A stretch of DNA of 64,000 nucleotides. It comes from Eledone cirrhosa. Lineage: Eukaryota. Positions within the stretch are counted from its first letter, which is position 1; each line of letters opens with the position of its first letter. Made by a program: the position numbers and the translations under genes. Shown one piece after another: positions 36,380-48,951 of the stretch. The notes under the pieces were generated by a model. The model was not told the DNA's origin. It saw only the letters and a program-made list of their open reading frames with translations, and did not search any database. The DNA lies in contig OZ024746.1 of assembly GCA_964016885.1 (NCBI GenBank), forward strand, positions 19,716,001-19,780,000. Reading direction: 5' to 3'.

Positions 36380-37039
36380 TGTGTGTGTGTGTGTGTAAAT
36401 ATATATATTGTATATGCTCACTTGTAGCCAGACAGCCAACATTGAGTTACATATGATGGCAAGCATAACAAAAACAAATACTATTACATGTAAATACATA
36501 TCTGATGACAACACATCAAATAATTGTTACATAATAACTTTGATATCTTTGAAATGTGCATAACAGAATGATATAATTAACTGAAGATGAATATGTGATA
36601 CCATCTCGCTTCTTTTTTTATGTATGTATATATATGCATATGTACATATATATACAAGATTGAAATCACTGGATCTAAACCTTTATTATTATTATTATAT
36701 ATATATAAATAAATATATATGCATAGAGAGGAGAAAAGAGGAGAGAGAAAATCCAATATGCAGAAGTAGGTAGGCTATTTTACTCATTTCATTGAAAAAA
36801 AAATCCATTGAAAAAAAATCATGAACATCCCACTATCAATTAATGGATATTTCTAATTATCCACTATGGCCAAATTAACTAATTTATTAAGCAAAATCAA
36901 TGCATAAGTAAATATTTATATTTAATATATATACATATAAATGAAAAATGAATAACGAACAATAAAGAGTAAGTGAAAATTAAATGGTGCGCGTGTTTCT
37001 TTCTATTGGCAATATGACCATCCCCAAATATAATATATA

Positions 37040-38300
37040 GTTATACTTTGGGAGGGTCATGTTGCCAATAAGAAACACACGCACCAGTTGCTTTCACTTC
37101 AATTTATTATAATAAATTTATAAATTTAGGAATTTATAAATTTCCGGTTGGTTGGTTGGTTCCACAACCAGATGATTGTTTATATATTGTCAAAGTTCTT
37201 TCGTCACACATTCTGTGACCTCTTCAGTGACTGGGGGATTCTTTTCTTTGTTTTTGTGCCTCTCCTTTGTTCTGTCCTACGCCATCTTGTTTTTGTGTGT
37301 GTTGTGTGCTTAGTTTGTGCATGTGTTACATCCAGGTGTCTGTGTGTGTTTATATTTGTTTATTTATTTGTTTATTTACATGCTACTGGTTGGTTGTTTG
37401 TTCTATGTGCGTGTGTGTTTTCATTTTATCCTTAATTGTAAGTTGTGATGTTGCTGTTCCATTCATGTTTTCTATTTAATTTTGGTTGGAGTTCATTTAT
37501 GTTTATTGCCTCTGTGATTTGACTAAACATTGCGTCTTTTCTGTGTGTAGATTCTATTTTTATTTCTATGTTCTCTAATTTACCCTTATGTTCTATTTTA
37601 GCATGTTGGTAGAGTACAGATGATTCTTTACTATCTTGAAGGTGTCGCCAGTGTTCATTTATCCGTTCCCCTATACTACGAGCTGTCTCACCTATGTACA
37701 CTATATCCTTAAGAATATAGTGTACATATAAAATAGAACATGCTAAAATAGAACATAAGGGTAAATTAGAGAACATAGAAATAAAAATAGAATCTACACA
37801 CAGAAAAGACGCAATGTTTAGTCAAATCACAGAGGCAATAAACATAAATGAACTCCAACCAAAATTAAATAGAAAACATGAATGGAACAGCAACATCACA
37901 ACTTACAATTAAGGACAAAATGAAAACACACACGCACATAGAACAAACAACCAACCAGTAACATGTAAATAAACAAATAAATAAACAAATATAAACACAC
38001 ACAGACACCCGGATGTAACACATGCACAAACTAAGCACACAACACACACAAAAACAAGATGGTGTAGGACAGAACAAAGGAGAAGCACAAAACCAAAGAA
38101 AAGAATCCCCCAGTCACTGAAGAGGTCACAGAATGTGTGACGAAAGAACTTTGACAATATATAAACAATCATTTGGTTGTGGAACCAACCAACCGGAAAT
38201 TTATAAATTCCTAAATTTATAAATTTATTATAATAAATTGAAGTGAAAGCAACTGGTGCGTGTGTTTCTTATTGGCAACATGACCCTCCCAAAGTATAAC
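37040..38300. mobile_element. inverted (head-to-head) dimer of PLE 3' halves, ~1.26-kb palindrome
   Basis: 37040-37706 is the reverse complement of PLE ~29225-29889 (GIY-YIG open: YIGETARSIGERINEHWRH); 37737-38300 is the forward copy of ~29323-29889. Confidence 0.93.
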
Positions 38301-38364
38301 AATATCGGTTTCAACACACGTTTTCAGATAAAGAATCTTGCTAAACATATTCAGAAACAAAATA

Positions 38365-38375
38365 TATTATATATA

Positions 38376-38458
<83 letters not shown>

Positions 38459-38489
38459 ATATATATATATATATATATGTGTGTATATA

Positions 38490-38542
<53 letters not shown>

Positions 38543-38635
38543 ATATATATATATATGTGTGTATATATATATGTGTATATATATATATGTGTATATATAT
38601 ATATGTGTGTGTATATATATATGTGTGTATATATA

Positions 38636-38714
<79 letters not shown>

Positions 38715-38730
38715 AGATATATATATGTGT

Positions 38731-38762
<32 letters not shown>
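38365..38762. repeat. ~400-bp (TA)n/(TG)n microsatellite
   Basis: Direct reading. Confidence 0.95.
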
Positions 38763-38765
<3 letters not shown>

Positions 38766-38859
38766 CATCATCATTGTTTAACGTCTATCTTCCTCGCTAG
38801 AATGGGTTAGATGGGAATTGTCCCACTTGAGGCAAGATTGATCAGGTGACCGTGTCTCG

Positions 38860-38921
<62 letters not shown>

Positions 38922-39439
38922 TAGATAGATAAATATAAGGAATGATGTGCTTGTACACAGAGATGCTATAAAATAGCTTATAAAATAAGGTGGAGACCCT
39001 TTAAAGACAGAAAAAGAAGTTGCCATCAGCTACTGTAAGGAATTGAACCCCAAACCCCATGTCTTCCAGATTCCGGCTATGTCAATGACCATGTTAAGCT
39101 TGCAGTTTGTCTAGCTACATGCAGGAATGTCTTTGATCCAAACTGAGTGAATCTGTAATATATTAATTAATAGACAAGTAATTGTCACTTATACCTGCCA
39201 AGTAATTTTGTCATTTTCCTTTTGCATGTAAACCAAACATGCACATGTATGTATGCATTAGAAGAAATTAGACCACAAAATGATACTAGAGCCAGTTTAA
39301 ATTATTACAATAGTTTGTTGTTGTTGTTATTATCATTTTAGAATGGATGGGAGCAAATATGCACATATTTTAGCAATTAAATACACCCGATATATTCAGC
39401 TATAAACCCCAAACCATAATAATACTACTACTAATAATA

Positions 39440-39635
39440 ATGGTTTCAGCAATTGTACGGGAGGGGAAAGTCGATGAAATCGACTCCAGTGTGTTACTGG
39501 TACTTTATTCCATTGACCTCATAAGGATGAAAGACAAAGCTCTCAGAACATAAAGGGACATAACTATATGCCACAAAGCATGTTGTTCTACGCCCTTACT
39601 GATACTGCAAATCCACCACCATAGCAGACTTTAAT

Positions 39636-39677
<42 letters not shown>

Positions 39678-39890
39678 TGTTTCTACTTTAGGCACAAGGC
39701 CAACAATTTTGGGGGCGAGGGGAAAATCAATTAAATCAACCACAAGGCATTACTGGTGCTTTATTTATTGACCCTGTAAGGATGAAAGGCAAAGCTAACC
39801 TCAGCGGGATTTGAACTCACACCGTAAAGGGCCGTAACTCTATGCCGCTAAGCATGGTGTCCAACGCTCTACCGATTCTGCTAATCCACC
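39440..39890 (-). mobile_element. two family-A SINE copies separated by (AAT)n
   Basis: Core aaggatgaaag(g/a)caaagct and head ends aatccacca at ~39618 and ~39890. Confidence 0.75.
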
Positions 39891-41219
39891 AATAGTAATT
39901 TCTAATGTAAGCACAAGGCCAGCAATTTGGTGGAGAGGAAAATTGATTATATTGAATAAATTAAAGTATTAGTCAAGTACTGGGGTCAATGTGATCAATC
40001 ATTCCCCTTCCCTTTCATCAAAATTGCTGGCTTTGTGTCTAAATTAAAAACCACTATTAATATTATTATTATTATTATAATTTTATAACTTTCATCTCAG
40101 ATTATAGCTGATTATATTGGGTGTATTTAATTGATAAAACGTATGCTTATTTACCCCTGCCTCACCCTCCAAAAAAGCCCCACAAAGTTAGTTTCAACAT
40201 ACACCCCACTGCCATATCCCCACCACCACCACCAGACACAATTTTACAAACACAAAAATACTTTACTTAATTGCTTTCCCATTGTTTCTTAAAGGTCAAA
40301 TTTACTGGCAAATCTTATGTTCTTTTTCATCCTCTTTCTTTTCAGAGTTGTGGCAATAAACATGGATTCTTTTTTGTTTTGTTTTTTTTTAAGAAAAACT
40401 AGTTTTGTAATAAAGTAGTGTCTCACATATTTAATAAAGTGAGTGGAAAAATTTAGATTAACTAAGATTATCTCCGCAGTAGACAACATTTTCAGTTATA
40501 TTGGTTCTCTGTTTTGCAGATTAAGGCTGTCTAAGACCAAGTTCTATTGTCTATGGCATAAACAATAGAACTTGGATAGACTCTATGTGGTCTCTATTAA
40601 TCATAATAAATAGCTTTATGAATAGGAAGAAACTTAGAAAAACTTCTTTGATATTACTACATAATATCAATTATTATAAAACATATCCAAGTTGTCAGAA
40701 GAATAAAAATTAATGATAAAATAAATATATATTTAAGAAATTGAGGCCTCCGAGGGTGTGTGGCCCTAAGCTATAGCTTATTTAGCTTATAGGTAAGTCC
40801 AGCACTGAACATAAGAGACTGTGCCAAAGTTATACATAATCTACCTCATTGTTAAAGATTCTCTACAGAATAACTACATACATATGTATATACACTGAAA
40901 GTAAAAAATTACATACATATACACTGAAAGAAGAAAACTACTAGCAGCTGCCAAAACAAAGTTATACAACAATGTAAATAGAAACGAGAGAAGAAAAAAA
41001 GAAACTTCTTTTGCATCTTGATTAATAATTCTATTTAAAACGTTTTTCTGTGAAAACAGAATATAATGCAGGTAGATTTAATGGTGAGTGTTACAGGTGC
41101 AATACTTGAACATTACACCAAACATCACATCTTTCTAAAATGATTGTTTCACAAATTACAAACACATGAAATCTAGTAATAGGAAATAAAAAGGAAGCAA
41201 AAGTATTCTTTTGTATCAG

Positions 41220-41570
41220 TGGGTGATGTGTTTTGACCTTGAGCAAGAAACTTTATTTCACGTTGCTCTTTCTGCCAGAAGTTGTGACTGGTAGATAGTA
41301 TCAGCAATGAAAAAAACCAATAGAAACTTTGTTTCCTTGGTTTGGTTTGATGAGCTTCCCTCCACTCAGTAAGCGAGAGAGGCCTAGGATCTTATCAATC
41401 ATTGACCTTGAGCAAGACACTTTATTTCACGTTGTTCTTTCTGTCAGGAGTTGTGACCCGTAGATAGTATCAGCAATGAAAAGACCAATGGAAACATTAT
41501 TTCCTTGGTCTGATTTGACAAATTCCATCCCTGTCCGGTAAGTAAATAAGGTCTGAGGTCATGTTGATCA
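41220..41570 (+). mobile_element. tandem dimer of family-B2 SINE bodies
   Basis: gaccttgagcaaga(a/c)actttatttcacgttg...ggtagatagtatcagcaatgaaaa occurs twice, ~170 bp apart. Confidence 0.7.
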
Positions 41571-42030
41571 TTTTTTTGGTCTTTTGAGGGGCTCTATCTA
41601 AGATATTAGTCTATTTCCATGCTACAAGCATAACCCCCAAATGTTTGCAGGAAGGGGTCCTTAACGCGATGATACTATGATCAACAGGTTGACTAAATAA
41701 AAAAACATAAAAGAAAGGAAAGAGAAAAAAGGGGAAATCAGTGTTTGTGGAGGATTTGGACAAGCTATTATTGCAAGTTGTAGTGTGACATGGGTTGGAA
41801 TGATAAGGTAGTAGAGAAAGAAACGCATATATGACAGCTGAGATGGTGAAACTGAAGTAAAGACAGGGGTGGGGGTGGATATGAAGAGATGTTTAAGGGT
41901 GTTTTACAGTGTCAGACACATAATCAATTGCAGATGTGAATAGTGTCAATTATTTTTTTCTAAATAACTTAGCAGATTAGTGTGGAATATTTAAAATAGA
42001 ATACCACATATTATTTTTCACACACACACA

Positions 42031-42097
<67 letters not shown>

Positions 42098-42985
42098 ATA
42101 TATATATATATATATTATTCCAATTTCCTTTTTTTTTATTTTTTTATAATGAGGAACCATGTATGTGTGTGGTGTATCATTTATTTATAGAATTTTCATC
42201 ACCATAAATTTATCCATGCATCTATCAAACCTGCTTTACTGTTCCTTCATTAGTCTCTTTCTATGGTCTATCAACTTATCTTCACCAGTTCCCACTCTTA
42301 ACACTTTTCCATCCAATCTATATATTCGATTCACATTACATAATCAGACCAGGCTGCTTACATTGAGTCAAGTCGATGCTTTAGGTCATGACCAGTTGAT
42401 TTTTTAAAAACTCACATGAATTTAGCCGCTTTTGTAAATGCACATCACACTAAATTTGTCCTTCTCCAACCAACAAGCATTATACATAGACCTTTTACAA
42501 GCAGCAGAGACTAGGTACTTTATAGCCAACAAAGGAAATTCATTTCTAAATGTTTTCTATACTCCTGATCATTGCCTAATATATATATATATATTTTGTT
42601 TGACCTGTTTAGCTTGACTTGTTTTTTGGCTTAGGTGGTTAATGCCTTCTTGACCACTTTTCAGTTTGTATGGCGCTTTAACATATTGTTTAGCTCTAGT
42701 TTTCTTAACTATTGGAGCGCTTGCCAGCATTTCTACGATTTTGCGTTTCATTTCGCTTTTTCTACCAGCCGAAATACGATTCTCGCTGAATATATATATA
42801 TATATAACCAGTAAGTATGTTTTTGAAACAGCGAGCGAGTTTGAAATTAGAAATAGAAGCTTTCGCCGTATTTTAAACTAAAGACATTTTAGCCTGATAA
42901 TGGGGTTTAGAACCCTCTAAAACATGGCAAAAGCTTATATTTATATAAACAAATGCATATTTCCCTAAGTATATCATCTGTATAC

Positions 42986-43158
42986 ATGAGGGTCGACTGA
43001 AAGTTCATAGACTGACCAAGATACTCTCATGGAATGACCGAATGAGGTTTATTTTTCAACATACTGTCTGGAAAGAAGCAATGCACTTATTTAATAAGAA
43101 GAGTTGAAATTAATGCATCCTTCATAGTCAGCTTATGAACTATTTAGCCGACCCTCAT
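42986..43158. mobile_element. mariner-derived MITE
   Basis: ~31-bp imperfect TIRs atgagggtcgactgaaagttcatagactgac / gtcagcttatgaactatttagccgaccctcat. Confidence 0.75.
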
Positions 43159-44180
43159 ATAATTTATTTCTCTCTATCTCAAGCACTTTCATTTAATGAG
43201 ACACCGATAGTTAAGAATTTGAGAGGTGGGGAGGAGCAGGGATTTTTTTTTAATCCATCTCCACTCATTCTTTGTGATCTTTATAGTGAAATTTTGATGA
43301 AAAATAAATGGTTTTTTTGCAATAATAGAATGAAACACTTTGACTTTCAAAGAAAAAGAAAAAAGAATCTCCAAAACTATTATAACACAAATTTTCTTTT
43401 ATTTCGTTATTTACTTATTTATTTATCTGTTTATTCAGCAATAAAATAAAATTATGTAAATATCTGCAAGCATTTCAGAGAGAAAGAGAGTGAGAGAGAG
43501 ATGTCTTTGTCATCAAAACCAGTTTTATAAGTGGCCAGGAGTATTTTTATGACAACCAAACACAAGATGATATCAGGTCATCAAAAGTATAATCACTTTT
43601 AACAGCAGCAGCAGCAGCAGCAGCAGGGAGATGAGATAGAGAGGGGGAGAGAAGACAAAATTTAAAAACAAAGAAACAAAACTGCATTTCTTTGTGTATG
43701 TGATGTGTATTTGTCTTGCTAACAACAGCTGAAACCAACATCACCTGTTCCCATTAATCAGTTTCAGCCCACACCCTTTTTCATATCTTTTCCTTTCCTT
43801 TTATATCATTATCAGAACCATACTATTAAAGATATTTATTATTATTATCATTATTATTATTATTATGACCCCCTTCCCTCCCTTAAGTGACATTTCCTTT
43901 GGCTACAATTAAACACTGGGAAATACTTCAAATTGCAAATAACAACAACAATAACCACAACAGCAACACAAATTCTAGAACAATAAAGGTAACTTCCATA
44001 AACAGATTCCACTGATAAAGTGTCCCAATATATCCTTAGAATGCCAACTCCATAACACAGCTCCCTAAAAAACTGCCTCACTTACTTACACAACAATGCT
44101 ACACACAATAACAACACCTGCTGTCTTCTCCTCCAATGGGAGACTGATTGGGTTTACTGACCACACTTTCAGACAGCAGC

Positions 44181-44286
<106 letters not shown>

Positions 44287-45149
44287 CTCAGTCACTTCTC
44301 TTCTTCCCCATAACGTCTCTCCACCTTTCCTCTTTCTCATCTCACATGTTTTCTCTCTTTTCTTTGTTGCTATTTATTAGTCTTTGAAGTTTTCTGGATG
44401 GTAGGCTTAGCTATTGATGGCTAGACACTCTCTCAAACCACAATGTTGCACACTCAGCACAAATGTCCCCCTTACACTGCATCATACAATTACTACATAA
44501 CATAATATCAATAAAAACTAGGCATAAAAAGGCATTCTTAATCTCAAATTAGTAGAAAGTCTTGAAATTGGTGACCAAAAAGGACAGCAATTTATACATG
44601 TGCAAATTGCAGCAGTAGTAGTAGCAGCAGAAATGCAGTTCTTAATCAGTAGCATCAGTAATCCTTCACCTTCAGCACAAGATGCCCCTCGCTTCTTTCT
44701 TTTTTTTTTTTTTTGCAATGGGTGAAGGTATAAAATAATTTTTACACTTGAATATAATAGGTGGTTGTTATGATTTGACTTATGGAAATATTGATCTAAA
44801 CTAGCCAGATGTAATTATAAAGATTGAGAAAATCAATCTGACAATTTGTAGAGGCTTTTATATTATTATTTGACAAGAATCTTCCTCTAAAAAACAGTTG
44901 AAAGAATATTCAGTTTACAAAGATTTTACAAATGAAGGTAGCAAAGATATCTCAAATACAAACAAATATTCTGAGTTAGAAATGGAACTCTTAGTAATTC
45001 TGTTCATGGAAGCAGGGTAAGTCTGGCATATGGTTGCAAGGCTATGTGTTGTTGACACATGTGGAGATGGGTTTAAGAAGAAGAGTGTCAGCTATGTAGG
45101 AATGTGCCTGTTGTTAAATGACATCATGAATAGAGTTGATGCATAAAAG

Positions 45150-45415
45150 GGTGTGAGGGATATAATGAAATTTGGGGTTACACGGTCATAATGTCATAGG
45201 TTCGATTCCAGGACTGAGTTGTGTGTTGTGTTCTTGAGAAAAACACTTTATTTCATGTTACTCCAGTATACTCAGCTGAAAATGAGTTCTAGCAAAAGCT
45301 GGGGGTTTAACCCTATAATGGGCTGGCTTCCTGTCCAGGGGGGAGTCTTGTACGCCCAGTCACTTATTGCCAGGGTAAGCACCAGCCTGATGGCCTCTAG
45401 GCTCAAGACAGACTT
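45150..45415 (+). mobile_element. family-B CORE-like SINE
   Basis: ggttcgattccaggact...gtgttcttgagaaaaacactttatttcatgttactccagtatactcagctgaaaatgag. Confidence 0.75.
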
Positions 45416-45834
45416 TTTAAAGAGCTGATAGAGTGAGAGTTAGTGAGTATTACAGTACTGCAATACAGACTGACAGAAGTTTCAATCTAAGAGAGAAGAC
45501 ATAAATAGAACTTATATGTAAGCAACTTAAATAAAAGATTTCCCATGTCAAACACAGCTGAATGTTTTGTGAATATCAAATGTGACATCACTGCTGTCAC
45601 TGCAGTTCTGAAGATCTTGTCTTAATAGATTTAAGTGTAAAGAAAGTGAAAGTGTGCTAGTGGTCATTGAGAAAGGAAACAAGTTGAAAGGAGAAATAAA
45701 GAAGGCTGTTTGGCTGTGTTTATGAATGTTTCCAGAGAGGGGGGGGGGGGGGTTATTTAGCATGGTTCAGCGAGAATGCTCTCTTTTTGGGGGGAATGAG
45801 ACAAGTTGGATTGATTTTGTAGAGATCAGGATAA

Positions 45835-46710
45835 TGTTGAAAATGAACATGACAGAAGTGGGCTGAGGACAGAACCTGGGTGGATCCCTATATGCACACT
45901 AAATCTATCACTGTACTTGATACCAGCTCTTACCATGTATAATTGCACCTCTATTCATGGCTTGCACAGCCCCACAAGCCATTCATCTACACTTATCTTC
46001 CTTAACACCTGTCAGAATAAGGCCTTTTCTAGATAAATAAATGCTAGATACAGAGGCTTACTCTTAGCCAAGCAATTCTAACGAATACTACATACAGAGG
46101 CTTACTCTTAGCTAAGTACTCCTAACAAATGCTAGTTACAAAGGCTTACTCTTAGCTAAGTACTCCTAACAAATGCTAGTTACAAAGGCTTACTCTTAGC
46201 TAAGTACTCCTAACAAATGCTAGTTACAAAGGCTTACTCTTAGCTAAGTACTTCTAACAAAAGCTCATACAGAGGCTTACTCTTAGCTAAGTACGTCTCC
46301 TGCAATTACCACACAAAGAGGGCTTCAGTAGTATTTCTACTAGGCATAAAGTTGGACTGCATCTCATCTAGTTTAATTCTATCCCTAACTAATAGTGCTG
46401 TATCTTTTTGAGTAACTCTTATAACCTGAGCCATCAACTTAATACCTTTATAGCTCTCTCTAGCAGATTTTCTTTGCCTTTGTAGCAGTTCATGATGATA
46501 CTGCTATGCCAGTCATTAAGTATGACACCATCCTGTATTACTTGATTGATTATGTGCGTGACTTGCGCAGGGGTAACCTACCATACTGGATATTCTTAAC
46601 ATTTCAACATCTCTAGCAGCCAGTCCAGCTGCTTTCTCTGCCATTATATCCTTAATCAAATTGTCGACCATACTGATTGTCAACATTGATGACTGGTCTT
46701 TCATTTGGGT
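45835..46710 (-). mobile_element. decayed RTE-clade LINE RT region
   Basis: Minus-strand pieces EKAAGLAARDVEMLR, DEMQSNFMPSRNTTEALF, YLAKSKPLYLAFIYLEKA and GIHPGSVLSPLL correspond to RTE RT motifs 0, 2a, 3 and 4. Confidence 0.8.
46050..46292. repeat. 44-bp tandem repeat (~5.5 units) inside the LINE RT
   Basis: Unit ggcttactcttagctaagtactcctaacaaatgctagttacaaa. Confidence 0.9.
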
Positions 46711-47004
46711 TTACTTGGGGCAATTCTCTTCATTCAACAATCTCAAAATAACTATAACATAATCAACTATAATCTCTCACAAAACTGATGCACTGGGGGT
46801 CGATTTAATGGATTTTCCCCTCCCCTCAAAAAATTGTTGGCCTCGTCCCTAAATCAGAAACCATTATTAACGGAATGATGGAAGAAATGCCTTCTGAAGT
46901 TTTTAGTTAAATCCTTTTATATATTATGTTTAAATCCTAACAGGGTACACCAGTCAAATACTGAGCCCTATTAATGTTTGGTATTGGAACTAATGCAAGA
47001 AACC

Positions 47005-47063
<59 letters not shown>

Positions 47064-47591
47064 CGACAGCAGCGGTGGTGGTGTGGTGGTGATGGTAGTA
47101 GTAGTGGTGGTGGTGGTGGTGATAGTTGTAACCAGCACAGCAACAGTAAGGTCATAAAACAAACCACTCCTGTTTGTAACAATGACTAACATTGTCACCG
47201 TCTTCCTTGATAAATACAACAACAATAACAACAATAACAACAATACAAAGTGTGTGTCAGTTAAAGTAATGGCGGTGGCAGTGGTAAAGAAGAGAATGAT
47301 AGTAATAAAAGAAGAAAGAAGTGTATAAAATTACAAAGACTGAATACTTTACAAATATTAAGTGCTTTGCAATAGTAAGACACAGAACCCCTAATTCTAT
47401 ATCACTATCACTAGCAACTTATACCTAGAAAACAACATACATAACAAATATATGTTCACCTAATTTCATCTCCTAACCCTAACCCTCAACCCCCACCACT
47501 ATGCTAACAGTTTCACCTAAACCTGTCAATGAATTTATAGTTTTTTTAAACATTTATCAATGCATTTATATGAGAGAAAGACAGACATTAT

Positions 47592-47668
<77 letters not shown>

Positions 47669-47679
47669 ATTTTTGGGAC

Positions 47680-47711
<32 letters not shown>

Positions 47712-47717
<6 letters not shown>

Positions 47718-47786
47718 GTCCCCCAAAATGTATACACATTTATTAGAATGCTGTTGAAATGTGTATACATTTCTGGGGACATCCTG
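47712..47786. mobile_element. Tc1/mariner-type MITE (same family as 20111); orphan TIR at 47665-47684
   Basis: tagggtgtcccccaaaatgtatacac...gtgtatacatttctggggacatcctg. Confidence 0.75.
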
Positions 47787-48889
47787 TGTATATATATATA
47801 TATATATATACAGAGAGAGGGGGGGGGGGGGGGGGGCAAATAGACAGACAAGTAGATAGCCATAGAGAAAGAGAGGAAGTGAGGTGAAGTGAGAGGAAAA
47901 GTGAAATACAGATATGAAGGTAACAGAGAAGCAATGAAACAAAAACAAAAATAATAAAGTTTGAATGGGGAGCAAATGGTGCCAAAGAAAAATAACAAAA
48001 AAAAAACAGGAAAAAGGACAAGAATTATTGGAGCGAAGAGAAAGAGATTTAGAGAGAAAGTGAGAGAGAGAGAGAGATAATTATACTAAGAGATATCATC
48101 ATCATCATCAAGCAAAAAATGAAAAGAGGGAGAGATTGGTAGAAGTAGGAGAGAAGTGTATAGAAACAAAAGGAGAAACAAAGGAAAAATAATGGTTTCT
48201 GATTTAAGCACAAGGCCAACAATTTTGGGCGAGAGGGGAAAGTTAATTACATCGACCCCAGTGTGTTGCATGCATGCTCCCATAACTCCCAAGAGAATCG
48301 TGGGGGCACTGTAGCGATATATGCCATTTCTAGAGCAGTTTTTAAAACCTGGCAGAGCCTATCTCTTCTTCAGTTCTGAATACAGCAGAATACTTCCAGA
48401 GAAGGATAGAGAATGAGAAAAGAGAAGTGAGAAAGAGATATAGAGGAAGAATCAACCCTAGTACTTGACTGGTACTTTTTTATTGACCCTGTAAGGATGA
48501 AAGACAAAGCTAACCTCGGCAGGATTTGAACTTTGAATGTAAAGGGCCTTAACTATATGCTGCAAAGCATGTTGTCTGACACTCTACTGATACTACCAAT
48601 ATGCCACCCTCAACAATGGCAAAATAATAAAATGGAATCAAATGAAGAAAAATAAAGGCAAAGGTGTTAGATTCAGATCATAAAATTGTGGGTTTGATTT
48701 ATTGACTGGACAATGCATTGGGCCCTTGAGCAAGATGCTTCATTTTACAATGCTTTCCACAATAGGACTGGGAATCCAATCATTAAAATACCCAAGAAAC
48801 CTCATAAGAGGCCAGCTAAAGCACCAGACACACTGACTAGTTTTTGAATACTCAAATGACACTTTTCTACAAAAATTTCACTTCAAATC

Positions 48890-48951
<62 letters not shown>

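Noticed and set aside
38256-38810. 184-aa ORF
   Set aside because: (TA)n/(TG)n microsatellite.
47470-47495. Interstitial telomeric repeat
   Set aside because: Only 2-3 imperfect CCCTAA units.
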